Shown one piece after another: positions 50,590 through 60,268 of a stretch of 64,000 bases of DNA. The first letter of the stretch is position 1. Every line of letters starts with the position of its first letter. The DNA is from Polyangium sp. y55x31 (lineage in GTDB: Bacteria; Myxococcota_A; Polyangia; Polyangiales; Polyangiaceae). The position numbers and the translations under genes were made by a program. Where the stretch lies: assembly GCF_029946505.1 (NCBI RefSeq), contig NZ_JARZHG010000009.1, positions 234,927 through 298,926 of the forward strand, in the 5' to 3' direction. The notes beneath the pieces were generated by a model, which was not told the DNA's origin, did not search any database, and saw only the letters and a program-made list of their open reading frames with translations.

Positions 50590-53081
50590 CAAGGCTCCCA
50601 GGAATCCGCGAACTTGGCGAGACGCTCCTTCGCGCGTTTCGTGTGCGGGTTCGCGTCGCCGCCCTTCTCGATGATCTTCCGGTAGAGCGTGCTCGCCGTC
50701 ATGCGCTCCCCGTTCTCCCACCGGAGATCCGCGAGCGCCGCGACCGCGTCGAGGTACGTGCCGTCCGCGGCCACCGCCTGCTCGTAGAACCGGATCGCCG
50801 CCGCGCGGTCGCGCTTCTTCTGCGCGAGATCCCCCTCGGCCTTCAGCACCTTCGCGTCCTTCGGCGTCTTCTCGGCGAGCTCCTTCAAGAGCGGCTCGGC
50901 CTTGTCGAGCTCACCTTTCGCGATCGCCTCGTTCACGGTCTTCAGCGCGTCGTCCCCCGCCTCCACCTTGAGGCTCGCGGCCTCGACCTCGGGCTTCTTC
51001 GCGCCCTCGGCGCTCGCGACGAACACGCGCAAGGACGCCACGAGCGGATGCGGCCTCGGCATCGCCGCGAGCCGTTCGAGCTCGGCCTTCGCGCCGGCCA
51101 CGTCGCCCGATCGCGCGAGCGCATAGATCAACATCGACCGCGCGCGCCCGAGGTTCTGCTCGTCCCGCGCCGCGTTCTTCAGCCGCTCGATCACCGTCGC
51201 CCACACCGGCTGGGCTTCGGCCAGATCGAGCGTCGCAAAGAGCAGCTCGTCGCTCGCCTGCGAGGTCGACTTCGGCAGCGTCGCCACGAGCTTCCGCGCG
51301 CCGTCGACGTCTCCCGCGAGGCGAAGCGCGTCGATCCGACAGCGCGCCACGTCCGCGTCGGCCGCGGCGATCGACTGCGCCCGCTCCGCCGTTTGTTTCG
51401 CGCGCCCCACCACGAGATCGAGCTCGCGCCGCGCGTTCGCCAGATCCGGATCCGACGCCGAGAGCAGCCGCACCTTGAGCCACGCCACGTCCGCGCGCAC
51501 CGCCGCGAGGCGCGCGAGCCGCACCGCCACGCGCACATCCGCGTCCGCGATCGCGCTCGCCTTCACGTACGACTCGTTCGCCGCGTCGAGATCACCATCC
51601 CGCAGATCGCGATCTCCTTGCTCCAGGAGCGTCCCGAGCCGCGCGTCGCCTTGCGTCGGCGCCGCAGCGCCGCCGCCCTTCGGCAGGTACTCGCGCCCGA
51701 CCATCACTGCGCCGAGCGCGCCCGCGCCGAGCAAGAGCACCCCCACGATCCACCGCGCCGCATGCGGGCGGCGCGGCGGCACGCCCGAGACCGACAGGAC
51801 GTCGTCGTTGTGGAGCAGCGCCGACGACGGCGGCAACGACGTGGGCCCGCTCGACGGCGTCTTCGCCGACGGCGTCTTCGAGGAGATCGGCTTCGCCGGC
51901 TCGACCTTCGGCGGCGCGGGCGTGGGCGATGCGGACTTCGCCGACGCGATCGACGGCGGCCGATCCATCATCAGCGTCGGCCCTTCGCTCGTCGGCTGCC
52001 GCTCCATCATCAGCGTCGGATCCTCGCCACTCGAAGGCCCCGCGTCCTGCACGGCCGGCGGCTCGGGTGTCGCCTTCTTCGGCGGCGGCGGAGGCTCCGG
52101 CGGCGGGAACATCGGCGCGGACGCGGCGGCCTTTCGCGGCGGCGGAGGCGGCTCCGGCGGCGGAAACATCGGCGACGACGCCGCGGTTTTTCGCGGCAAG
52201 GGCGGCCCTTCCGCGGGAGGCGACGGGAACATCGGCGCCGACCCCGCGGGCTTGCGCGGCGGCGGTGGAGGCGGCGGCAGCGCGCTGATCCGCTCCACGG
52301 TCCCTCCTCGCTCGTCCGGCGACGAACTCGAAGGCGCGCGCATCGGCGGCGGCGAACCAAAGCCGCCGTTCGTGCGTGTCGAGACCGGCGCCTCGACGAC
52401 ATTCATCGTGTTCAGCTCTTCGAGCCCGCCCGGCACGCGCGGCGGAGTGAGCGCCGGCATCTCCGAGCCCTTGTCCGCCCCGGCCGCCGCGGGCGGTCGC
52501 ACCGAAGCGGTCTTACGCCCGAGCAGCGCGCCGCCCATCGCCACGGGCGGAGGCGGCGGCACCGAACCACGCCGCGGAGCCGCCGCTGGCTGAGGCGCGG
52601 GCGCGGCCGCTGAGGCCTGCTGCTGGCGCCCCGGCAACGCGAACACGACCGATCCTTCTTGCCGCGGCGGCGGTGACGCCCCGCCGCCGAGGCCTGCGGG
52701 CGTCCTCGTACGGGTCCGCGCGGCGGGCGGCGGCGGCGTCGTCCCGGTTCCGGGCACGGTCATGCCGATGCGGTTGAAGAACGGATCGAGCTCGGCGATC
52801 GAGCCGAGCCTGCGCGGCCGGCTGCTCCCGCGCGAGAGCACGTCGTCGCGGGTCACCTTCCCGTCGTGGATCGCGCCTTGGAGCTCGCGCAGGGCGGTGA
52901 ACTCGATCTCGCGCCCGTCGACGGTGCGAACGACCCACGTGTCGGGGACGGTCCCCACGGAGGCGCGACGCACCTTGAACTGGTGGCCGCAGGTCGTGCA
53001 CTTGACGGAGGTGCCGCGCTCGGAGACGAGGGCGTCGTCGAAGTCGTACACCGTGCCGCAGCGCTCGCAGGTGACTTCCAT
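50589..53081 (-). CDS. MJ0042-type zinc-ribbon / Pro-rich / single-TM / TPR protein
   Basis: ATG at 53081 (MEVTCERCGTVYDFDD…CTTCGHQFKV, CxxC…CxxC). About 350-aa Pro-rich segment with repeated PMFPPPEPPPPP units, a TM (WIVGVLLLGAGALGAVMVG) and C-terminal TPR-like helices. Confidence 0.75.
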   Translation of the reverse strand: MEVTCERCGTVYDFDDALVSERGTSVKCTTCGHQFKVRRASVGTVPDTWVVRTVDGREIEFTALRELQGAIHDGKVTRDDVLSRGSSRPRRLGSIAELDPFFNRIGMTVPGTGTTPPPPAARTRTRTPAGLGGGASPPPRQEGSVVFALPGRQQQASAAAPAPQPAAAPRRGSVPPPPPVAMGGALLGRKTASVRPPAAAGADKGSEMPALTPPRVPGGLEELNTMNVVEAPVSTRTNGGFGSPPPMRAPSSSSPDERGGTVERISALPPPPPPPRKPAGSAPMFPSPPAEGPPLPRKTAASSPMFPPPEPPPPPRKAAASAPMFPPPEPPPPPKKATPEPPAVQDAGPSSGEDPTLMMERQPTSEGPTLMMDRPPSIASAKSASPTPAPPKVEPAKPISSKTPSAKTPSSGPTSLPPSSALLHNDDVLSVSGVPPRRPHAARWIVGVLLLGAGALGAVMVGREYLPKGGGAAAPTQGDARLGTLLEQGDRDLRDGDLDAANESYVKASAIADADVRVAVRLARLAAVRADVAWLKVRLLSASDPDLANARRELDLVVGRAKQTAERAQSIAAADADVARCRIDALRLAGDVDGARKLVATLPKSTSQASDELLFATLDLAEAQPVWATVIERLKNAARDEQNLGRARSMLIYALARSGDVAGAKAELERLAAMPRPHPLVASLRVFVASAEGAKKPEVEAASLKVEAGDDALKTVNEAIAKGELDKAEPLLKELAEKTPKDAKVLKAEGDLAQKKRDRAAAIRFYEQAVAADGTYLDAVAALADLRWENGERMTASTLYRKIIEKGGDANPHTKRAKERLAKFADSWEP

Positions 53082-53452
53082 GGGGAACTTGGCAGCTTTC
53101 CTCTTTGTGCACCGGGACGCAAGCGACCGCAAAAGCAGGCGCCGCGACGCATCAGGCTCCCTACTTCTACCGCGCTTGCCCCGTCCGGCTCCACTCTTCG
53201 ACGCCATCGGCACGTGGATCCGGCCCGGCGGATCCTGGACGCCACAGCCGATCGTGAACGCCCTTTCACGATCCGCCCCACGCGGCGCGCTCGGTCTCCT
53301 CTCTCCGAAGCGGATCGACGCGCGAAAACCGTCGCGATCGCGCGGCCTTGTGCAGGGCATGCCGCTTGCTAGGCTCCCGCTGTTGCCCTGGCCTTCGTCA
53401 AGGCTCGGGCCCACTCTCTTCGCGCCTTGGTCGGTGCTTTTCGGGAGACGGT

Positions 53453-54601
53453 ATGAAGCGACTTTCTCTGCTGGGCTTCATCGGCATGATGGCGACGTTC
53501 CTCGCAGGCTGTCCCATCTACGAAGACGACGGCGAGTGGAACGAAGGCCCCTGCACCTCCGGGGATTGCTCGAACGGCGGCTGCAGGGACTCGAGTGACT
53601 GCGGCCTGAACGAGACGTGCGGCAACGACAACCAGTGCCACACGGGCGACTGCACGGTCTGGGGCTGCTCCGAAGGTTTTACATGCGTGGTGGAGGGCAC
53701 GCAGGCGAGCTGCGAGCCGGGCAGCGGCGGCACGGGCGGCACGGGCGGCACGGGCGGCACGGGCGGGACCGGCGGCACGGGCGGGACCGGTGGCACAGGT
53801 GGCACGGGCGGCGCCGGGGGCGGAGGGGTCACCTGGTGCGGCAACCCTGACGACTGCGCCATGGGCGAGACCTGCGGGCCCGACGGCACCTGCCATCCGG
53901 GCACCTGCGACGTCGTCGGCTGCGTCTACGGCTACGCCTGCGAGGCCTCGCAGTGCGTCCCGCAGAACCCGGCGGCGTGCGGCACGGACGCCGACTGCAG
54001 CGCGCTCGGCGCGGGCTACGCGTGCGTGAGCGGCGTCTGCACCGCGCCCGCCGATCAGTGCACGGACCAGACCCAGTGCCCGGCGAACAACAAGTGCGTC
54101 GACGGCAAATGCACCCCGGCGTGCAGCGACGACACGGACTGCGACGGCGGCTACACCTGCGACCCGGTCCTCGGCGTCTGCACCGTGCCCGCCAAGCCGT
54201 GCACCATCACGAACGACTGCGGCTCGGCCGACGAGGTCTGCGTCGACGGCGCGTGCGTCCCGCGCAGCCAGATGGGCTCCTGCCCGCCAGGCGACGTCTG
54301 GGTGGAGAACGGCTGCATCCCGAACCAGACGGCCGCCTTCTACTGCAACCAGGATGGCGTGCAGGACGCCTGCGCCGCAGGGTCCATCTGCCTGCATCAC
54401 GCCTGCTACATCTCGTGCGCCGCGCCGAACGACAACGCCTGCAACAACCTGCCGTCGTTCGACGTCTGCAAGACCGTCTCGACGATGTCCGGCGACCACC
54501 AGGTCTGCGGCTCGAACAGTAACCTCGGCAACGAGTGCGATCCCACAGCCGGGCTCGCCTGCGCGTCGGGCAAGATCTGCATCGACGGCTTCTGCAAGTA
54601 G
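53453..54601 (+). CDS. Cys-rich repeat lipoprotein (myxobacterial-type disulfide repeats) with (GTG)n linker
   Basis: ATG at 53453 (MKRLSLLGFIGMMATFLAGC lipobox). Repeated C-x-x-G-x-C-x-x-x-x-C modules and a (GTG)x9 linker. Confidence 0.75.
   Translation: MKRLSLLGFIGMMATFLAGCPIYEDDGEWNEGPCTSGDCSNGGCRDSSDCGLNETCGNDNQCHTGDCTVWGCSEGFTCVVEGTQASCEPGSGGTGGTGGTGGTGGTGGTGGTGGTGGTGGAGGGGVTWCGNPDDCAMGETCGPDGTCHPGTCDVVGCVYGYACEASQCVPQNPAACGTDADCSALGAGYACVSGVCTAPADQCTDQTQCPANNKCVDGKCTPACSDDTDCDGGYTCDPVLGVCTVPAKPCTITNDCGSADEVCVDGACVPRSQMGSCPPGDVWVENGCIPNQTAAFYCNQDGVQDACAAGSICLHHACYISCAAPNDNACNNLPSFDVCKTVSTMSGDHQVCGSNSNLGNECDPTAGLACASGKICIDGFCK
53727..53815 (+). repeat. 9-bp microsatellite (GGCACGGGC)n, about 9-10 units, encoding (Gly-Thr-Gly)n
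   Basis: Direct reading of 53724-53815: ggcggcacgggcggcacgggcggcacgggcggcacgggcgggaccggcggcacgggcgggaccggtggcacaggtggcacgggcggc. Confidence 0.8.
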
Positions 54602-54837
54602 CTCCCGCGTTCTCGCATCCTCTCCTCGCACGGCGCCGCGGACATCTTCGCGGCGCCGTGTGCGCTCCCCCTGCCCGCTCACGTCGTGGCATGCGCGCTG
54701 CCTGGCCCCCCCACGCGGATTCGATCGGGCCTGCACGTGGTTCGTTGTCCGCGCGGAGCACCGGATCGCCTAGGCGATCGCGGGCCCCGCGCGTCCACGT
54801 GAGGCATCCGATCCATCCCCGACGGAGAGCCTGCACG

Positions 54838-55146
54838 ATGAAGAACTACGGTTTCATCCAGCGTTTGTCGGATTCGTTCCCTTACGAGCGCAAGTCCACG
54901 GCGAGCTGGCTTCTGCCTGCCTCGATCGGGGTCGGCATCGGCGTGGCCCTCGGCGTGGGCATCGGCCTGCTCTACGCGCCGCAATCGGGCGAAGAGACCC
55001 GGGAGCGGCTCCGCCAGGGCGCCGATCGGGTCAAGGACCGCGCGCGCTTCGCCGCCGGGCGCGTCCGGGGCGAGCTCGAGTCGGCCGCGAGCCAGGTCCG
55101 CGAGCGCTCGTTCGCCACGTCGAACGAGGTCGGCCAGAACCGCTAG
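54838..55146 (+). CDS. YtxH-domain membrane protein
   Basis: ATG at 54838. TM GVGIGVALGVGIGLLYAPQSGEETRERL matches the YtxH signature (…LFAPKSGKETR…), followed by a coiled C-terminus. Confidence 0.7.
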   Translation: MKNYGFIQRLSDSFPYERKSTASWLLPASIGVGIGVALGVGIGLLYAPQSGEETRERLRQGADRVKDRARFAAGRVRGELESAASQVRERSFATSNEVGQNR

Positions 55147-55322
55147 CAAAGAGGCGCGCGCCTTCGTTCGTGGCGCGCTCCCACACACCTCACGTGCGAA
55201 CCGTGTACGCGCTGCGTGCACGGTTTGCACGCTTCGAGCTTTGCGGCTCCTGCGCGGTTCGTCCGCGCGGAAGTCCCGGCGGCGAAGCGCGCGCCGGGTC
55301 CCTCTTCGGCCGAAGATCCACC

Positions 55323-55832
55323 ATGAAACACGAGATCCTCATCGCTTTCTTCTTCGAACGCGCGCACGCGGAAGGCGCGCTCGCCGAGCTCGCCTCGCTC
55401 GGCGTCCTGCCCGCCGACGTCAGCGTCATCCCCAAGCACGTCGGCCATCGAGGCGACCTCGGCCTCCACCTCGGCAGCAAGGCCTCGGAGGGCGCCGCGA
55501 TCGGCGCTGCGATGGGCGGGCTGCTCGGCGCGATCGTGGGCGCGCTCGGCGCCGCGGGCTCGCTCGTCGTGCCTGCGACCGGCTCCGTCTTCGCGGGCCC
55601 CGTCGTCGCGGCGGCGGCGGGCGCCGGCGTCATCGGCGCGCTCGGCGTGGCGGTGGGTGGGATCCTGGGGGCGCGTCACCCGGAGTTCGAGGCGCGTTTG
55701 CTCGACGATGCCGTCGGCATGGGCGGCTCGCTCGTCGCGGTCCGGACCTCGCCTGCGGCGGCCGGCGCCGTCGAGCGCCTCCTCGAGGCGCGCGGCGCGA
55801 GCTTCGTGCGGCGGCAGGAGACCGAGCCCTGA
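55323..55832 (+). CDS. Gly/Ala-rich membrane protein, possibly general-stress (YflT-like)
   Basis: ATG at 55323 (MKHEILIAFFFERAHAEGALAELASLGV). Central Gly/Ala-rich hydrophobic region. Family assignment is tentative. Confidence 0.55.
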   Translation: MKHEILIAFFFERAHAEGALAELASLGVLPADVSVIPKHVGHRGDLGLHLGSKASEGAAIGAAMGGLLGAIVGALGAAGSLVVPATGSVFAGPVVAAAAGAGVIGALGVAVGGILGARHPEFEARLLDDAVGMGGSLVAVRTSPAAAGAVERLLEARGASFVRRQETEP

Positions 55833-55918
55833 GCGGGTCTGCCCTTCGTCCGGAAGGGAAAATCGATGCGCGAGCTCGCAGAGCGCCGAACGAGTCGGCG
55901 CTCTCGTCGTTCGAGCTC

Positions 55919-56248
55919 TCAGCGCGCCCCGGCGTTTCCGATCCGCTCCGCGAGCCCGTGCTCGAGACCGGAGAGCGTCTCTTCCACCGTCGCGCGGAAG
56001 TAGCGCCGCGCCGCGAACAGCGCTGCTGCGCCGAGCAGCCGCGGCGTCAGGCCGCCGCCGAGCAGAAAGCCCACCGCCACCGCGCCGGCGAGCGCCGCGT
56101 GCGGGTTCGCCCGCGCCACGTTGCTCACCATCGTGAGCACCTCGTTCGGATCGACGCCCCCGAGCGCTGCGAGCGGCCCCTTGTCCGCCCCTTGTTCCGT
56201 CGTGCCGCTCTGCTGTCTCTCGCCAACCATGAACCCCTCCGTTCTCAT
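55919..56248 (-). CDS. small membrane protein
   Basis: ATG at 56248 overlaps the upstream TGA (ATGA). C-terminal TM AALAGAVAVGFLLGGGL. Alternative ATG at 56230. Confidence 0.5.
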   Translation of the reverse strand: MRTEGFMVGERQQSGTTEQGADKGPLAALGGVDPNEVLTMVSNVARANPHAALAGAVAVGFLLGGGLTPRLLGAAALFAARRYFRATVEETLSGLEHGLAERIGNAGAR

Positions 56249-56451
56249 CCCTGACGCGTCATCACGCGGCCGAGCACGTACCCGAACGCGAGCGCCACTC
56301 CGAGCGCGACGAGCGGCCGCTCTTCGACGAAGGCGACCAGCTTGTCGTCGGCACGTTTCACCTGACGAACCATCCGCGCGGCCCCGGTCGCGTGACCGTT
56401 GAGGTGCGCGCCGCCCATTTCCGACTTGTGAGGATCTTCGTGCATCGCCAC
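56245..56451 (-). CDS. small DUF883/ElaB-like membrane protein
   Basis: 68 aa. C-terminal segment ERPLVALGVALAFGYVLGRV is typical of the ElaB/YqjD tail. Confidence 0.5.
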   Translation of the reverse strand: MAMHEDPHKSEMGGAHLNGHATGAARMVRQVKRADDKLVAFVEERPLVALGVALAFGYVLGRVMTRQG

Positions 56452-56515
56452 GCGCTCTCAGCAACGGGCGCGCCACCCGGCCTGAGCAAGGCACGCACGG
56501 TCGATGCGCTCGTGA

Positions 56516-57349
56516 TCACGCGTCGAGCGGGATGCACAGCCGACAGATCGTCCCCTGCCCCTCCACGCTCTCGACCGACAAACGACCTCGGCAGAGCGTC
56601 GCGAGGTGGTGTGCCAGGTACAGACCTACACCCAGCCCGCGGTACAGGTAGCTCGGCGCGTTGGAACCCCGATAGAACTTCGTGAACACCTGGCCGAGCT
56701 CGCGCGCCGGGATGCCGATCCCCCGGTCCTCCACGACCACGATCGCGTTCGCCCGGTCCTCGGAGATCACCCGCACGCCGATCGGCGCCTCGGGCGGCGA
56801 GTACTTCACCGCGTTCTCCACGAGCGACGCCACGATCTGCTCCACCCGCTCCGGGTCGCCCCGCACGAGCAGCGGCGCGGCGGGCTCGTGCAGCGTGAAC
56901 GTCCGCGACTCGAGCATCAGCTTCGCTTCGCCCACCGCCCGCCGCACCGGCTCTCGGAGGTCGAACGAGAGCGCCGCCACGCGCAGCGATCCGTCCTCGA
57001 TACGGGGCAGATCCACGAGCAGCGCGTCGATGAGACGGCCCAGCCTGCGCGCTTGCCGCATCGTCCGCGGGAACGTATCGGGCGGGACGTTCGTCCCTCG
57101 CTCGAGCGCGCGCGCGATCGTCATGAGCGAGACTTCCAGCGGCAAAAGCGGGCTCTTGAGCTGGTGCGCGACGAGCGCGAAGAACGTCCCGAGCTCGAGC
57201 CGCGCCTCCTCTGCGGCGGCCTCGCGCGCGCCTCGCTCCTGCGTGAGTCGCTCGTTTTCCCCGCGGAGGCGCGTGTTCTCCTCCTGGGCCTCGGCGAGCC
57301 TCGCGGCGAGCGCCTCGTAGCTCGGCTCAATGCGGCGGGCGGCTTTCAT
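56516..57349 (-). CDS. histidine kinase (coiled-coil + HisKA + HATPase_c), cytoplasmic
   Basis: N-terminal coiled coil, H-box region LVAHQLKSPL, N-box ASLVENAVKYS, G-boxes DRGIGI and GLGVGL. Confidence 0.8.
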   Translation of the reverse strand: MKAARRIEPSYEALAARLAEAQEENTRLRGENERLTQERGAREAAAEEARLELGTFFALVAHQLKSPLLPLEVSLMTIARALERGTNVPPDTFPRTMRQARRLGRLIDALLVDLPRIEDGSLRVAALSFDLREPVRRAVGEAKLMLESRTFTLHEPAAPLLVRGDPERVEQIVASLVENAVKYSPPEAPIGVRVISEDRANAIVVVEDRGIGIPARELGQVFTKFYRGSNAPSYLYRGLGVGLYLAHHLATLCRGRLSVESVEGQGTICRLCIPLDA

Positions 57350-58430
57350 CGTGGGTCCCCCGATGGGCCGGCGCCGCCACGCTCGTGCCCTCCGGCCAGT
57401 GCCTCGGCAGCACCAGCGAGAAGGCGCTCCCTTGCCCCACCTCGCTCGCGACCGTCAAGCTCCCGTGCAGCCGCTTCGCGAGCCCTTGCGCCAGATAAAG
57501 CCCCACACCGAGCCCGCTCGCCGAGCTCGGCACGTTCGAGCCGCGGTAGAACTTGCCGAACACGCTGGCCTGCTCCGCCGCGGGGATCCCGATCCCCTGA
57601 TCGATCACGCGCACCCGCACGCGTGACTCCGTCCCCTCGACCTCCACCGTCACCACGCGCTGCCGCCCCGAGTACTTCATCGCGTTGTCGATGAGGCTGA
57701 TCAGGATCTGGTGCACCCGGTCCGGATCGGACATCACGGGCACCCCGTCGCCGGGCCCGTGGTACTCGATCCGCTGCGTCGGCGCGGCGAGGCGGAAGTC
57801 CTCCACCACGTCGCGCGTGAAGACCGCGAGGTCGAACGGCGCGATGTGCACCTCCAGCGTCCCTCGCTCGATCGCCGCGGCGTCGCTCAGGATCGCGTCC
57901 ACGAGCCGCCCGAGCCGGAGCGTTTGCCGGAGCGCGCGCGCCATCGTCCCGTCGGGCGGCGCCTTGCCGAGCGCGAGCGCGCGTTCGATCGTCCGGAGCG
58001 AGTTCAGGACGGGCTGGATCGGCGCGCGGAGCTGATGCGCGGCCATCGACAGGAACGACTCGCGCTCGGCGGCGAGCAGCTTCGTCGTGACCGATCGATC
58101 ACTCGCCGAGAGGTCTCGCACGAACGCTGTCGCGAACGCGCGGCTCCCGGGCGGGACGAGCGACACCTCGATCGGCACGTCCGTCCCGTCCTTCCGATGC
58201 CCGATGGCTCGCTCCGGCGCGGCCGTCGCCTCGTCCCAGCGATGCGCTTGCCCTCCGGGCAAGGCCACGAGCTCGGGGAACGATTCGCCGACGAGCTCTC
58301 CGGGCGAGCGCCCGAGGAGTCGCTCTGCGGCTGGATTGGCGTACACGATCCGCCCACGTTCGTCCGCGCAGACCACCCCATCGGGGGCCCGCGCCATCAC
58401 TTCCGTCCAATCGATCGTCGTCTCCTGCAC
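57327..58430 (-). CDS. PAS-domain histidine kinase
   Basis: PAS-like N-terminus (GVVCADERGRIVYANPAAERLLG), H-box MAAHQLRAP, N-box SLIDNAMKYS, G-boxes DQGIGI and GLGVGL. Overlaps the downstream kinase gene by 23 nt. GTG start at 58430. Confidence 0.8.
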   Translation of the reverse strand: MQETTIDWTEVMARAPDGVVCADERGRIVYANPAAERLLGRSPGELVGESFPELVALPGGQAHRWDEATAAPERAIGHRKDGTDVPIEVSLVPPGSRAFATAFVRDLSASDRSVTTKLLAAERESFLSMAAHQLRAPIQPVLNSLRTIERALALGKAPPDGTMARALRQTLRLGRLVDAILSDAAAIERGTLEVHIAPFDLAVFTRDVVEDFRLAAPTQRIEYHGPGDGVPVMSDPDRVHQILISLIDNAMKYSGRQRVVTVEVEGTESRVRVRVIDQGIGIPAAEQASVFGKFYRGSNVPSSASGLGVGLYLAQGLAKRLHGSLTVASEVGQGSAFSLVLPRHWPEGTSVAAPAHRGTHDESRPPH

Positions 58431-58488
58431 GGTGCCACCTTGCGTTCGTCGACGATTGCTTCATTAGGGACGGAGGGGTTCACTGCCA

Positions 58489-58965
58489 GTGGGGGGCACG
58501 AAATTGGGAAAGCGCTCGCGACCGACCGTTCTGATCGTCGATGACGACGACGAGATTCGTTATTCGATGCGCAACCTCCTGATCGTATCGGACTTCGACG
58601 TCTTGCTCGCCGCCGACGGCGTGGAGGCCCTCAAGCTGCTCGAGCGTCACCGCGTGGACGCGCTCGTCATCGATTTGATGATGCCGCGCCTCGACGGCGT
58701 CGGCGTCATTCGGGCCCTGCTCGGAAAACCCCCCGAGGAGCGACCGAACGTGATCATCGTCGTCTCGGCGCACGTCGAGCTCCGCCGGCGCATCATGGGC
58801 CTCGACGTCCGCCGCGTGTTCCCCAAACCCTTCGACGCGCTCGCCCTGGTGAACGAGCTCTCGGACGCGTTCGGGGCCATGGGCAACGGCGAGTCGGCGA
58901 AGGACAAACCGCCCGAGCCGACCCTCGTCGCCGTCCCCCGCGGACACGAAGGGCGCCCGGTTTGA
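58489..58965 (+). CDS. single-domain response regulator (CheY-like receiver)
   Basis: VLIVDDDDEIR…DALVIDLMMPRLDG…PKP. Divergent from the kinase pair. GTG start at 58489. Confidence 0.8.
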   Translation: MGGTKLGKRSRPTVLIVDDDDEIRYSMRNLLIVSDFDVLLAADGVEALKLLERHRVDALVIDLMMPRLDGVGVIRALLGKPPEERPNVIIVVSAHVELRRRIMGLDVRRVFPKPFDALALVNELSDAFGAMGNGESAKDKPPEPTLVAVPRGHEGRPV

Positions 58966-59014
58966 CCGGACGCCCTTCGATTTCCCCCGACGATTCCCGA
59001 AAACCCCGATCTGC

Positions 59015-60064
59015 TCAGCCGCCCTCGTCCGAGGTGCCGATCCGCTTCCGGATCGTGTCCTCGACCATTTCCCGGACAACCTGCCACAGCGCGTCCTGGT
59101 TCGGGCAGGCCGCGAGCGGCCCGAGCGGGATCTGGAATCCGCCTTTGCCGCGCCGCCCGCCGCCGTAGGGCATTCCGAGCGGGCCGATGCCGAACGCGTC
59201 GCGCAGCCACGTCGCCGGATCCAGCGACGCGTCCGTCGTGCGGAGCGATCCGTCGATCCACCCTTCGACCAGGCCGAACGTGATCGCCGTCTTGATCCCC
59301 TCGCGCCGGAGGAGGAAGTCGGCTGCTTGCCCGATCGCGTCTCGGTCCTGCGAGCGCACCTGCCCCACGCCCGCGAAGACCCACGTCCCCTCCACCTGCA
59401 TCGCCTCCAGCGCCCGCCGCATGATCCGCATCGAGCTCGACGGGATCGCGTACCGCGACAGCGCGCTCAGCACGTCCGTGTCCACGAGATCGATGATGCT
59501 CGCGAGCGCCCTGAGGTCGTCGGCGCTCCCGTGGAGCAGATCGTCCGTATCGCTCCGGATTCCATAGGCCAGCGCGGTCGCGAGCCTCGTCGCGATCGTC
59601 CCGCTTTCCAGGACCCGCGTCGGCGCCTCGATCACGTACTCTGTGTAGATCGTGCTCGCCGCGCCCACGCCGAGCCGGATGTCCACGAAGTCCGCGACGG
59701 GTTTTCCCTGAATGGCGTGGTGATCCACGATGGACACGCAGGGCAGCCCAGCGCTCCTCGGCAGCTCGATCGAGTTTGCGTCGACCAGGCTGAGCGCGCT
59801 GTACCGGTCGAGGTCTTCCGGCGCGGTCACGCGGACGAGTGGTAGATCGAGCAAGTTCACCATCGCCCGGTTTTCCGCCCGGCTCACGAGCGGCAGATGG
59901 GCGATGTCGCACTCGATTCCCACGCTCGCGGCGAGCCTTTGGTGCGCCCATGCGCTCGCCAGGCTGTCGGGGTCCGGGTATCCCCGGATGACGACGACGT
60001 GCCGGCCCTCGTGCTTTCGCAGCGCCTCGAGGAGCTGGCCGACCCGGCTCTCGGCTCCGTCCAC
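59015..60064 (-). CDS. DHH-family phosphoesterase (NrnA-like bifunctional oligoribonuclease/pAp phosphatase)
   Basis: Motifs HVVVIRGYPDPDSLAS, DHH (SIVDHHA) and GGGH-like GGGRRGKGG. Start chosen at the GTG at 60064 (VDGAESRVGQLLEALRKHEG, typical NrnA N-terminus). The ORF is open up to a TTG at 60202. Confidence 0.7.
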   Translation of the reverse strand: MDGAESRVGQLLEALRKHEGRHVVVIRGYPDPDSLASAWAHQRLAASVGIECDIAHLPLVSRAENRAMVNLLDLPLVRVTAPEDLDRYSALSLVDANSIELPRSAGLPCVSIVDHHAIQGKPVADFVDIRLGVGAASTIYTEYVIEAPTRVLESGTIATRLATALAYGIRSDTDDLLHGSADDLRALASIIDLVDTDVLSALSRYAIPSSSMRIMRRALEAMQVEGTWVFAGVGQVRSQDRDAIGQAADFLLRREGIKTAITFGLVEGWIDGSLRTTDASLDPATWLRDAFGIGPLGMPYGGGRRGKGGFQIPLGPLAACPNQDALWQVVREMVEDTIRKRIGTSDEGG

Positions 60065-60268
60065 GCGCCGCGGCCCGCGCAGATCCGGAAGGGGATGGCT
60101 ACCGCTACGGTCGGGTTCGATCCGCAACGCTTCTTGATGGTTCACCGTCTTGCCCCGGAGGTGCGGGCCTGATGCCGCACGGTCCGCCACCCACGAAAGC
60201 AAGCTACGCGCCCATCCCGCAGCCGGGCCGTCGTGTACGAACGGAAATAGACGATAGCCCGAACCGCT

